64,000 nucleotides of DNA from an uncultured delta proteobacterium. Lineage in GTDB: Bacteria > Desulfobacterota > Syntrophia > Syntrophales > UBA2192. Positions 1 to 10,788 of the stretch are shown piece after piece. A program made the translations under genes and the position numbers. The stretch's first letter is position 1. Every line of letters starts with the position of its first letter. The notes beneath the pieces were generated by a model, which worked only from the letters and a program-made list of their open reading frames with translations, searched no databases and had not been told where the DNA came from. The DNA lies in the NCBI GenBank assembly GCA_963705165.1, contig CAVPJD010000012.1, forward strand, positions 1 to 64,000. The letters are read 5' to 3'.

Positions 1-167
1 GTCGAAGACGCGAACGCGTCCGTCCTTGAAAACAATCTTCACATAAGAGCTTTCGCCGAGCACGAGGGAGTTCGTTCCTCCACCACTTCACCCGTGCCCC
101 AGTAGGGGTAGCGGAGGTGGACGACCTTATCCCCCATTTTCAGATAGATGCGTCGTGTCTCTTCCAC
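1..167 (-). CDS. DUF3553-like small protein, runs off the window edge, apparent 1-nt frameshift near 75
   Basis: Manual translation from GTG at 167 gives MEETRRIYLKMGDKVVHLRYPYWGTGEVVEER, then NSLVLGESSYVKIVFKDGRVRVFD in another frame. Resembles the DUF3553 pattern (GDxVxH..WGxGxV). Confidence 0.55.
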
Positions 168-198
168 CTCGGGGCCTCTTAGGGATGCGACCGCATCG

Positions 199-699
199 TC
201 ACATCTTGTACTTCCCGAAATCCTCTTCGGGAAGGTTCTCCAGAAACTCCTTGAGCTCTTCCGTTTTCTTCTTGTCGAGCTCGTCCACCTTCTTGGCGAA
301 GTCGATGTTGCGCGACTTCTCGATGACCGTCTCGTCGATGAAGATCGGGCAGTTGACCCTCAGGGCGAGCGCGATGGCGTCGCTCGGCCTCGAGTCGACG
401 ATGAGGGTGTCGCCGTTGCGCTGCAGGTGGATGCAGGCAAAGAACGTGTTGTTCCTCAGATCGATGATCTCGATCCTGCTGACCTTTGCCGCGAGGATCT
501 TCAGAAGATCCCGCATCAGGTCGTGAGTCATGGGCCTCGAGAAGCTGATCTTCTCGAGCTCCGTGGCGATGGCGCTTGCTTCGAAGAGGCCGATCCAGAT
601 GGGCACCGCCCGCTTTCCCTCCAGATCCTTCAGGATCACGATGGGGGTGTTGGTCAGCGGGTCGATGGTCAGACCGGACACCTTCATTTCCACAAACAT
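199..699 (-). CDS. Bifunctional nuclease family protein (DUF151)
   Basis: PIWIGLFEA, RPMTHDL and DSRPSDAIALA motifs. Confidence 0.92.
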   Translation of the reverse strand: MFVEMKVSGLTIDPLTNTPIVILKDLEGKRAVPIWIGLFEASAIATELEKISFSRPMTHDLMRDLLKILAAKVSRIEIIDLRNNTFFACIHLQRNGDTLIVDSRPSDAIALALRVNCPIFIDETVIEKSRNIDFAKKVDELDKKKTEELKEFLENLPEEDFGKYKM

Positions 700-716
700 C
701 TACGAACACCTCCGGT

Positions 717-2038
717 TCAATCCAGCATCTCACCGCGAAGGGAATGCAAAAAGGCTTCCACAATCCGAACCCGAACGGTTTTCCCTACGAGATCCCTGCC
801 GCCTGTGAAGTTCACAATCTTGTGTGTTCTCGTGCGGCCCATCACGTCCCGGGAGGTTTTGCGGCTCGACCCTTCCACGAGGACCTCCACGGTCTTGCCA
901 ACCAGGGTGTCGTTTTTCTCCTGGGTGTGCCTGTCCTGGAGGGCCTGGATCTCGATGAGCCGTTTGCGTTTCTCGTCGGGATTTACCTTCCCGTCGAGCC
1001 CGACAGCCGCCGTTCCCTTTCTCTCGGAATACTGGAACGAGAATAAGGTATCAAACCTAACTTTTTCCATCAGGTCAAGCGTTTTCTGGTAGTCCTGCTC
1101 CGTCTCTCCGGGGAAACCCACGATGATGTCCGAGCTGATGGCGATGTCCGGACAGGCCTCTCTCAACTTGCGAACGCAATCGAGGTAATCGGCACTTGCG
1201 TACCTGCGGTTCATCCGCGCGAGCACCGCGTCGGCGCCCGACTGAACAGGCAGGTGGATGCTCCGCAAAGGGCCTTCACGCTCCGGAAGCACTCGATGAT
1301 GTCATCGGTCAGATCCTTGGGGTGAGAGGTGGTGAAACGGATGCGCTCGATCCCCTCGATCTCCCCGATGGCCCGGAGAAGCTCTGAAAAGCTGTGGTCG
1401 TTGCCGGGGCTCTTCCCGTAGGAATTCACGTTTTGCCCGAGCAGCGTCACCTCCTTCACGCCGTGGGCGGCCAGGGCCCTCACCTCGGTCAGGATGTCGT
1501 GGAATTTCCGGCTCTCCTCCCGGCCGCGCAGGTACGGCACGACGCAGAAGGCGCAGTAGTTGTCGCAGCCCTGCATGATCGTGACGAAGGCGCTCACAGA
1601 TCCCTTTTCGGGCAGGGCCAGGATCCCGATGGAGGGCACCGTCTCGTTAAAGCCCGTCTCGACGACGGGGCGGCCCGTTTTCTCGACCCGTGAGATCAAT
1701 TCGGGAAGGCGGTGGATGTTGTGGGTACCGAAGACGATATCCAGCCAGGGGATCTTCTCGAGGAGGCGTTCCCCCTGCTGCTGAGCGACGCAGCCGCAGA
1801 CCCCGATGATCAGATGCGGATTGGCCTTCCTGAGGGGCTTGTACCGGCCGAGCTCGCTGTAGACCTTCTGTTCCGCCTTGTCCCGGATGCTGCAGGTGTT
1901 GACGATGATGAGGTCGGCGTCCTTCGCGCTCCCCGCTGTGCCGTATCCCGAGCTTTTGAGAAGTTCCGCCAGCTGCTCGGAGTCGTGGACATTCATCTGG
2001 CAGCCGAAGGTCCGAATGAAAAGTTTTTTCGTGGTCAA
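717..2038 (-). CDS. miaB: tRNA-i6A37 methylthiotransferase MiaB, split by a frameshift near 1263
   Basis: TFGCQMNVHDS, NTCSIR, radical SAM CDNYCAFC, HLPVQSG, DIIVGFPGET and a C-terminal TRAM domain. The ORFs 1211..2038 and 717..1292 join with a 1-nt indel. Confidence 0.95.
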
Positions 2039-2229
2039 GATTCCTCTTCCGATTCCGCTATGTTGCCTGGCTTCTATCTATTACAGGGGGCCCATGGAGT
2101 CAACTGAAAACGATTGCAGGCGGACGGGAGCCCCGTGCTTGCAGGAAGGGACTTCCCGAAAGGAAAACGGCCGGACCCTAATACTTTTTTTGTAGGGTTT
2201 TTCTAATCCGATCGCCGAAAAAATCATAC

Positions 2230-2258
2230 TTGCCTTTCCTCCGCGGGGATCTTACCCT
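2230..2258 (+). promoter_or_regulatory. Putative sigma70 promoter TTGCCT-N17-TACCCT
   Basis: -35/-10-like hexamers with 17-nt spacing upstream of the NHL gene. The same pattern recurs at 19129-19157. Confidence 0.45.
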
Positions 2259-2327
2259 GTTCCAAAGGCTGCCACGCATCAAATGGAATCACACTCCAGT
2301 GGCAGGGTCCGCGGCCGGGGAGAAGAC

Positions 2328-4467
2328 ATGAAGAAAAACGCTGTTTTCCGCCTGTCTTTTTTGGTCCTGATCACGATCTTGACCCTCGTCGCCCTGCCCC
2401 GCCCCAACGCCCCCGTGGCGTCGAACGGGGGTGCCGCGTTCGTCACCTCGTGGGGCTCGGACGTCACGGGCACCGGCAAATTCAATAAGCCCCTCGGCGT
2501 CGCCGTGGATGGCTCCGGAAATGTCTACGTGGCCGACACGCACAACCACCGGATCCAGGTATTCAATTCCGATGGCGACTTTGTCCGTTCCTGGGGGTCC
2601 TACGGTTCGGCAGACGGCCAGTTCAATCTGCCGTCCGACGTCAGCGTGGATTCCCTGGGAAGAGTCTACGTGGCCGACACCGGCAACAGCCGCATCCAGA
2701 AATTCACCTCCGCGGGCGGTTTTCTCCTCACGTGGGGCTCGCGGGCAACGTCACCGGGCAGTTCGAGTCGCCCGCGGCGCTGGTTGCGGACCCTTCGAAC
2801 GACGTCTTCGTGGCCGACACGGGCAACAACCGCATCCAGAAGTTCGACTCCTCGGGCGGGTTCATCCTCGCCTGGGGCGGGGGCGTACCGGCACCGGCAA
2901 CGGTCAGTTCAGCGGCCCCCTGGGGATCGCAACGGATCCGGCGGGAGACGTCTATGTGGCCGACACGGGCAACGACCGCATCCAGAAATTCAGCACGACA
3001 GGCATCTTCATCTTCGCATGGGGCTCCGCGGGCACGGGAAACTACCAGTTCGACGCCCCTGCGGCCGTGGACACGGACAATTCCGGCAATGTTTATGTCG
3101 CCGATTCCCGCAACAGCCGCGTTCAGAAGTTCCTGGTCGCGGGTACTGCGGCAGCCTACGTGACCCAGTGGGGGACGTTCGGCCCGGCAGCGCAGCAGTT
3201 CAACGCTCCCCGGGGATTGGCGCTGAACGCAGACGGCACCCTCGTCTACGTCGCAGACACGAACAACTGTCGCATCCAGCAGTACAATGACGCGGGAACG
3301 TGGGTCGCGCAATGGGGTTCCCTCCTGGTGGGATACGGAGATTTGTCGAGCCCCAGGGATGTCTATGTCGATCCGTCGGGAAATGTCTCCGTGGCGGACA
3401 GCGGGAATAACCGCATCCAGCAATTCACCTCTGCGGGCACGTTCATCGCCACGTGGGGCTCCCTGGGAACCGCCGCCGCAGAGTTCAACACGCCCTCGGG
3501 GCTCTCCGCGGACTCCAGCGGTTATCTCTATGTCGCCGATACGGGCAATCACCGGATTCAAAAGTTCACTTCAACGAATCTCTTCGACCTCACGTGGGGC
3601 TCCCGGGGATCGGGAAACGGGCAATTCGAAGGCCCGCTGGGCATCGCCCTGGACTCCGGCAACAACGTCTACGTGGCGGACAGGGAAAACAACCGGATTC
3701 AGAGATTCAACTCGACAGGCGGTTTTCTCCTCACGTGGGGATCCCCCGGTGCAGGAAACGGCCAGTTCAATTCGCCGTCTGCCGTGGCAGTGGACAGCGC
3801 CGGGGCTGTCTATGTGGCGGACACGGGCAATCACCGCATCCAGAGGTTCACCTCCCTGGGTGTTTTTGCCGGCACCTTCGGTTCGCAGGGTACGGGCGAC
3901 GGGCGGTTCGACAGCCCGTCCGGGATTGCCATCGACTCGAACGGTTTTCTCTACGTGGCCGACACGGGAAACCACCGCATCCAGAAATTCACGCCGACGG
4001 GTCTTTTCATCACCAAATGGGGCTCCTACGGGTCCGGCAGCATCCAGTTCGACGGGCCAAGGGGCCTCGCCTTCAGCCCCAACAGCAACCTCTACGTCGC
4101 CGACACAGGCAACCACCGCGTACAGGTGTTCACTCCCGGCAGCGTCCCGGGCGATACGAACGTAGCGGTGATCAGCTGCTTCATCGCCACGGCAGCCTAC
4201 GGATCAACCCTGGACCCGCACGTCCAAGTCCTCAGGGACTTCAGGGACCGGGTGCTTGCACCGAGTCCGGCAGGCAGGGTCTTCCTGGATCTCTACCACG
4301 CAGCGTCGCCGCCCATCGCCCGGTTCATCGCGCAACACGAAGTGCTGCGGACGGCTGTCCGATGGGCGCTCACGCCGGTCGTCTACACGATCCAGTATCC
4401 GCTGCTGCTGGGATTGCTGCTCGTCCCAGCCGTCGGCCTGACCGTCGGGAGACGGCGTGTCAAATAA
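2328..4467 (+). CDS. Secreted NHL-repeat protein (12 repeats, two 6-bladed propellers) with C-terminal CFI-box-CTERM; frameshifts near 2740 and 2885
   Basis: Signal peptide; 12 (Y/F/S)VADxxNxR(I/V)Qx(F/Y) repeats across three frames; C-terminal [10 protein letters not shown]...LRDFRD...SPPIA, a TM segment and a basic tail RRRVK. Confidence 0.9.
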
Positions 4468-4552
4468 GGTATCAGGTATCGGGTGACAGGTGACAGGAAA
4501 AGACAGCGGCTAACGAAATCCTGTTACCTGTTACCTGTTACCTGTTACCTGT
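4468..4552. repeat. Inverted heptamer array (GGTATCA/GGTGACA ... CCTGTTA x4)
   Basis: Tandem 7-mers in two complementary blocks directly after the stop codon. A related copy lies at 36351-36434. Confidence 0.8.
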
Positions 4553-4553
4553 G

Positions 4554-4600
4554 TTCCACTTCCTCCACTTCTGCCACTTTTGCCACTTCTTTCACTTTTT
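4554..4600. repeat. Degenerate 9-mer tandem repeat (xxCCACTTy x5)
   Basis: ttccacttc ctccacttc tgccacttt tgccacttc tttcacttt. Confidence 0.7.
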
Positions 4601-4676
4601 TTTTGCGTAAGAAAGCCTTTGCCCCCCTGCACCCCTTTCTGCTACATCATCATGAAATCCCTCCGAGAGGTTCGCC

Positions 4677-7600
4677 ATGCATCACACCGGCACGTTTGCC
4701 AAGCGGGTTCATCGGATCCTTGTCCTCTCCCTGCCCTTTTTCATCCTGATTGCACTCATCCCTGCCCTCGCCCGGGAGGTTCAGGCAGCATGCGCAGATC
4801 GAGCACTTCTCGCCGCAGGGCACCGTCAAGGAAATCAGGCAGGTGACGGCGCGGTTTTCGGAGCCCATGGTCTCCTTCGGCGACCCGCGGCTTGCGGACC
4901 CCTTCGACATACGCTGCGTCGAGAAAGGCCAGGGGCGATGGATCGATGCCCGGACCTGGTCCTATAATTTCGACCGGGATCTGCCCGGCGGCGTCGCCTG
5001 CAACTTCACCCTGAAGGCCGGCGCAAAGACGCTGGCGGGAACCCCCGTGTCCGCCGATACGGGCTTCTCCTTCTCCACGGGCGGCCCGTCCATTCTGCGG
5101 TCGAACCCCTACGAGGGGGACACGACCATCGACGAGAAACAGATCTTTGTCCTTTACCTGGACGCGGAACCCGCGCAGGAGTCTCTCCTGAAGAACGTCT
5201 GGTTCTCCGTGAGCGGCGTCAGCGAGCGGGTGGGCGTGACGATGGTATCCGGAAAAGAACGCGAGCAGGTCCTCAAGGCCCTGCGCTACCGGAAGGACGA
5301 GGGAAGGGTCGTGACCCTCCGGGCCAAACAGGCCTTCCCGCCCTCGGCGAAGCTCCGGCTTGTCTGGGGCAAGGGCATCGCCGCCAAGAGCGGTGTGGCA
5401 ACGGAGGAGGACCAGGTCCTCGAGTTCCAGGCCCGGGTCCCTTTCCGGGCGGAGTTCTCCTGCCCGCGTGAGAAAAAAGGGAGGCGCCTGCATCCCCGTG
5501 CTGCCCATGCGCCTGACCTTCTCGGCTCCGGTGCCCTGGAGCCTGGCCAGGGACATCACCCTCCGGAGCGAAAACGGCAAGGCGTGGAAACCGAAGTCGA
5601 CGGGCGATGAGAGCCGCACGCATACCCAGGCGATCATCTTCCCGGGGCCTTTCCCCGAGAAGGCCGCCTTCTCGATCGAGATGCCGACGGGAATGAAGGA
5701 TGACGCAGGGCGGCCCCTGGCCAATGCCAACCGGTTCCCGCTCGCGGTGAAGACGGAGAGCTACCCGCCGCTCGCGAAGTTTTCTGCCCGCTTCGGGATC
5801 CTCGAGGCGGCAAACCCGATTCTGCCCGTGACGGTGCGAAACGTCGAAGCAGAGCTGAAGAACCACCTGCTTTCCGTCGAGGGAGAGGCCGAGGAGATCC
5901 TCCCCGAGGCCCCGGAGACCCCAACAGGGGGAGGCAGACAGGCTCAGACGGAGGCCGCCGGGAAGACACCGGCCGTCACCCAGCAGGTGAAGGGCAAGGT
6001 CCGGAAAGTGAATCTCGACCAGGAGGAGCGGGTCATCCACTGGCTGCGAAACATCGCCGCGGCCACCCGCGAGAAGTCCGTCTTCGCAGGGCAGGCGGGA
6101 GGGAAGGAATTCAAGCTGCCGGCACCGGGCGGCGGAAAGGCCTTCGAAGTCATCGGCATCCCCCTCGAAAAGCCCGGCTTCTACGTCGTGGAGCTCGAGA
6201 GCCGCATCCTGGGCACCCACCTCCTGGGAAAACCCGCCCCCCTGTACGTGCCCGCGTCGGCCCTCGTGACAAACCTGGCGGCCCATTTCAAATGGGGCCG
6301 CGAGTCCTCGCTCGTCTGGGTCACGGCCCTCGACACGGCAGGCCCCGTTGCCGGCGCCGGCGTCTCCATCCGGGACTGCAGCGGCAAGCGCATCTGGCAG
6401 GGCAAAACGGACGAGCGGGGCGTCGCACTGATCCAGGGCACCCTGCCCTCCCAGGACACACAGGCCCGATGCAACTGGCCCGTCAACTACTACGAGGCCA
6501 CGGGCATGCTGGGCGGCATGAGCTCGGGCCTCTTCGTCTTCGCCCGGTCGGGAAGCGATGCAACCTTTACCCACTCGAGCTGGGAGGACGGCATCGAGCC
6601 CTGGCGTTTCCAGCTTCCCTCAGCCGACTACCGCGGCCTCGACGATGTCATCGCCCACACGGTTTTCGACCGCACGCTCCTGCGGGCAGGCGAGACGGTT
6701 CACATGAAACACATCCTGCGGATCCCCACGACGAGCGGTTTCACCCTGCCCGATGAAAAGGCACGATTCGACGAAGTGGTGATCCGCCATGGCGGGAGCG
6801 GGCAGGAATACCGGATGCCGGTTTCCTGGAAAGACAACGGCAGCGCCGGGACGGACTGGAAGATCCCCGAGGGGGCACGGCTCGGCGCCTATGAGGTGGC
6901 CCTCGCACGCAAAGGGGACAAAAAGGGAGCGGCAACACTGAGCACCGGCTCCTTCCAGGTGGAGGAGTTCCGAATCCCGCTGATGAAGGCGCTCGTCCAG
7001 GGGCCCGCCGAGACGCCCGTGCAGCCCAACGAGGTCGGCATCGATCTTGCCGTCTCCTACTTCTCGGGCGGAGGCGCGGGAAGGCTCCCGGTGAAGCTCC
7101 GCGGCGAGCTCCGTCCGCGAACGGTCGCCTTCAGGGGCTATGACGAGTACACCTTCTCGGGCGAGCGCCTGAAGGAGGGCACCCGGAAGTTCTCGCCGGA
7201 GGATGAGCTCGGCATCGACGAAGAAGCCGCGCCCGGCCGCGAGAAGCCCCGCCGACTCCCCACGCAGGAGTTGAAACTCGACGATGCGGGGTCAGCACGT
7301 ACGAAATTCGCGAAGCTGCCGAAGATCGACACACCGAAGTCGCTCCACGCCGAGCTCGAGTACCGCGACCCCAACGGCGAGGTCCAGACGGCGGCAACGA
7401 ACATCCCGCTTGCCCCCTCGAAGCGCGCCGTGGGCCTGAAGCCCGACTCCTGGGCAGCCTCGGCCGAGGCCCTTCGCTATCGCGTCGTGGTCCTCGATCT
7501 TGCCGGCAACCCTGTTGCCGACAGCGAAGTTTCCGTGGATCTCTACCAGCGCAAGACCTACTCGCACCGCAGGCGGATCGCCGGCGGGTTCTACTCCTAC

Positions 7601-10507
7601 GAGAACGTGACCGAGATCAAGCGCATCAACCTGCCCTGCACGGCCAAATCCGACGACGCCGGGATGGCGACCTGCGAGGCCGGCCCGCACTGCAAGGGAA
7701 AGACGGACGCCTCGGGCACCCTGCTCTGCGAGGCGCCCTCGCCCGTCTCGGGCGGCGTCATCCTCCAGGCCGAGACGAAAGACGAGGACGGAAATGCCGC
7801 CCTGGCCAACTTCAACCTCTGGGTGGCCGGCAAGGACGAATGGTGGTTCGAGGCCCGCAACGACGACCGCATCGACGTCATCGCCGAGAAGAAGCGCTAC
7901 GAGCCCGGCGAGAAGGCCCGCCTCCAGGTCCGGATGCCCTTCCGCGAGGCCACGGCCCTCGTCACGGTGGAACGCGAGGGGATCCTCGACGTCTCCATCC
8001 AGAAGCTCTCGGGCAAAAGTCCCGTCGTGGAGATCCCCGTGAAGCGCAACTACGCGCCCAACGCCTTCGTCTCGGTCCTCGCCGTCAGGGGCAGGACCGC
8101 CGAGGCGGCGCCCACGGCGACCTTCGACCCCGCAAAGCCGGCCTACAAGCTCGGCATCGGCGAGATCCGCGTGGGATGGAAGGCCCACGAGCTTGCCGTG
8201 GAGGTCATGCCCGACAAGCCCGTCTACCGGGTGCGCCAGGAGGTCGATGTGCTCTTCCGGGTCCGCACGGCCGACGGGCGCAAGCTGCCGGATACGACGG
8301 AGCTGGCCGTGGCCGCCGTGGACAAGGGGCTTCTCGCCCTGCGGCCGAACGGAAGCTGGGGGCTCCTCGAGTCGATGATGCGCCAGCGCCCTTACGAGAT
8401 ATTCACCTCGACGGCCCAGATGATGGTCATCGGCAAGCGCCACTTCGGGCTCAAGGCACTCCCGCAGGGCGGCGGCGGCGGCAAGCAGATCACGCGCGAG
8501 CTTTTCGACACGCTGCTCACATGGAAGGCGGCGGTGCCGCTCGATGAAAAGGGCGAGGCCCGCCTTAAGATCCCGCTTACGGACAGCCTCACGGAATACC
8601 GGATCGTCGCCGTCGCGACAGGCGGGGCGGACTTCTTCGGCACGGGGCACTCCGACGTGCGAACGACACAGGACCTCATGCTGCTCCCGGGCATCGCACC
8701 TCTCGCCCGCGAGGGGGATTTCCTGAATGCGGGCGTCACTCTGCGCAACACGACGCAGAAACCCATGAACGTGGAGGCAAAGCTCGCCGTCACGGCCGGA
8801 ACGGAGAAAACCGATTACGAAACCCTTCGCGCGGGGCTCTCGCCGGGCGAGGCAAAGGAGATCGGCTGGGATATCCGGATTCCTTCAGGTGTCGACAGGC
8901 TCGACTACGAGATCTCCGCGCTGGAGCGCGACGGGAAGACCTCGGACCGTGTCAAAGTCTCCCAGAAGGTGGTCCCAGCCGTTCCCGTCCGGACCTGGCA
9001 GGCCACCCTTGCACAGGTTCGGGACAAGGTCGAGATCCCCGTGGATCGCCCCGCCGGGGCCGTTGCCGGCAAAGGCGGAATCGTCGTCCGGCTGCAGCCG
9101 CGGATCGGCGACGGGCTTGCCGGCGTGCGCGAGTTCATGTCGCACTACCCCTACGGCTGCCTCGAGCAGAAAATCTCGAAGGCCGTGGCCCTGAAGGACA
9201 AGGCGCTCTGGCAGGAGCGGGTTCGCGAGCTGCCGGCCTACCTCGACGACGAGGGACTGTTGAAGTACTTCCCTCTGATGCGTAAGGGAAGCGACGTGCT
9301 CACCTCCTACGTGCTCGCCGTTGCCCACGAGGCGGCACTCGAGATCCCGGCCTCTGCCCGGGAGCAGATGGAGACGGGACTGACGGGATTTGTGGAGGGG
9401 CGCGTGAGGCGCCCAGGAGAGCTCGCCACGGCGGATCTCGCCATCCGCAAGGTGGCCGCCGTCGAGGCCCTCTCGCGCTACGGAAAGGCGAAGGCGGCCC
9501 TGCTGGGCTCCGTGGCCATCGAGCCCAATCTCTGGCCCACATCGGCCGTGATCGACTGGATCGGCGTGCTCAAGCGGGTGGGCGACATCCCGGAGCGGGC
9601 AAAGAAGCTCACCTCGGCCCAGCAGATCCTGCGCTCGCGCCTCAACCTGCAGGGCACCACGATGGGCTTCTCCACGGAGCGGGCCGACAGCCTGTGGTGG
9701 CTCATGGTCACCCCCGACGTGAACGCCGTGCGCACGCTGCTTGCCGTGGTCGACCTCGACGCCTGGAAAGAGGACGCCCCGCGCATCGCAAAGGGCACGC
9801 TCGGCAGGATGAGACAGGGGCACTGGGACACAACGACGGCAAACGCCTGGGGCACGCTCGCCTTCGAGAAGTTCTCGGCCGCCTTCGAGACGGAGAAGGT
9901 AACGGGCAAGACGACGGCCGCGCTGGGGTCGAAGAGCTCGACTACGGGCTGGGGCTTCTGGGAAACGCCGGAAGGCGGCACGGCGCGCTTCGACTGGCCC
10001 GACGGGAAACAAAATCTGGCGATCCGGCATGAGGGCGCAGGCGCTCCCTGGGCGACGGTCCAGGGGCTCGCGGCGATCCCCCTGAAAAAGCCCTTCTCGA
10101 GCGGCTACCGGATCAAGAAAACCGTAACCGCCGTGGAAAAGAAAGTGAAGAGCTTCTGGAGCCGCGGTGACGTGGTGAGGGTCCTCCTCGAGGTCGAGGC
10201 CCAGTCCGACATGACCTGGGTCGTCCTGAGCGACCCCATCCCCGCGGGCTCGGCCATCCTCACGGTCGGCCTCGAACCGGGGGCGGACAAAAACGCGGGG
10301 CGCGCGCACGAGGCCTACACCGAGCGCGCCTTCGAAGCCTGCCGGTTCTATTACAGCTACGTCCCGAAGGGGACCTGGAAGACGGGCTACACGCTGCGTT
10401 TCAACAACCCGGGGACCTTCCAGCTGCCGCCCACGCGGGCCGAGGCGCTCTACGCGCCGGAGATGTTCGGGGAAATCCCCAACGCGTCGCTGTCGGTCAA
10501 TCCGTGA
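4677..10507 (+). CDS. Bacterial alpha-2-macroglobulin; frameshifts near 4790 and 5478
   Basis: Signal peptide, N-terminal FSPQGTV...FSEPMV, MG domains, thioester motif YPYGCLEQ (9146-9169), C-terminal PPTRAEALYAPE; followed by pbpC. Confidence 0.93.
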
Positions 10508-10526
10508 CGCGACAGAGTCGCGTAAA

Positions 10527-10768
10527 AGAAGCGTGTCGCGTGTAGAGGGTAGCGTGTCGTGGGAGAAGAAATGACGGGAGTAAAGATAAAATAAGTCCTC
10601 GCGAGCCGAACCTCGCGAGGAGTGGCGATCCACGTTTGAGATCGTCGCGTTGATTCTATAACAAAGATTGCGTCGCTGTAATCGCAAGAATGACATACTT
10701 TCAACACAGTTGCTGAACTTGGCCGCGAAGCGGCCTGACACGCTACCCGCTACACGCTACACGCTTCT
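10527..10768. repeat. Composite palindrome: heptamer inverted arms enclosing an RPE/REP-like element (10595-10695)
   Basis: agaagcgtgtcgcgtgtagagggtagcgtgtc is the near reverse complement of gacacgctacccgctacacgctacacgcttct. The inner element reads gtcctcgcgagccgaacctcgcgagg...aatgaca. Confidence 0.75.
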
Positions 10769-10788
10769 GCGACAAGACGGAATAGACC

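Noticed and set aside
717..2038. miaB as a pseudogene or programmed frameshift
   Set aside because: A single indel with no slippery site and all motifs intact fits the window-wide error pattern.
2440..4140. Regularly spaced DNA repeats (tacgtggccgacacgggcaac...cgcatccag) that could suggest a CRISPR array
   Set aside because: They are codon-degenerate NHL protein repeats with a period of about 141 nt inside a CDS; there are no unique spacers and no cas genes.
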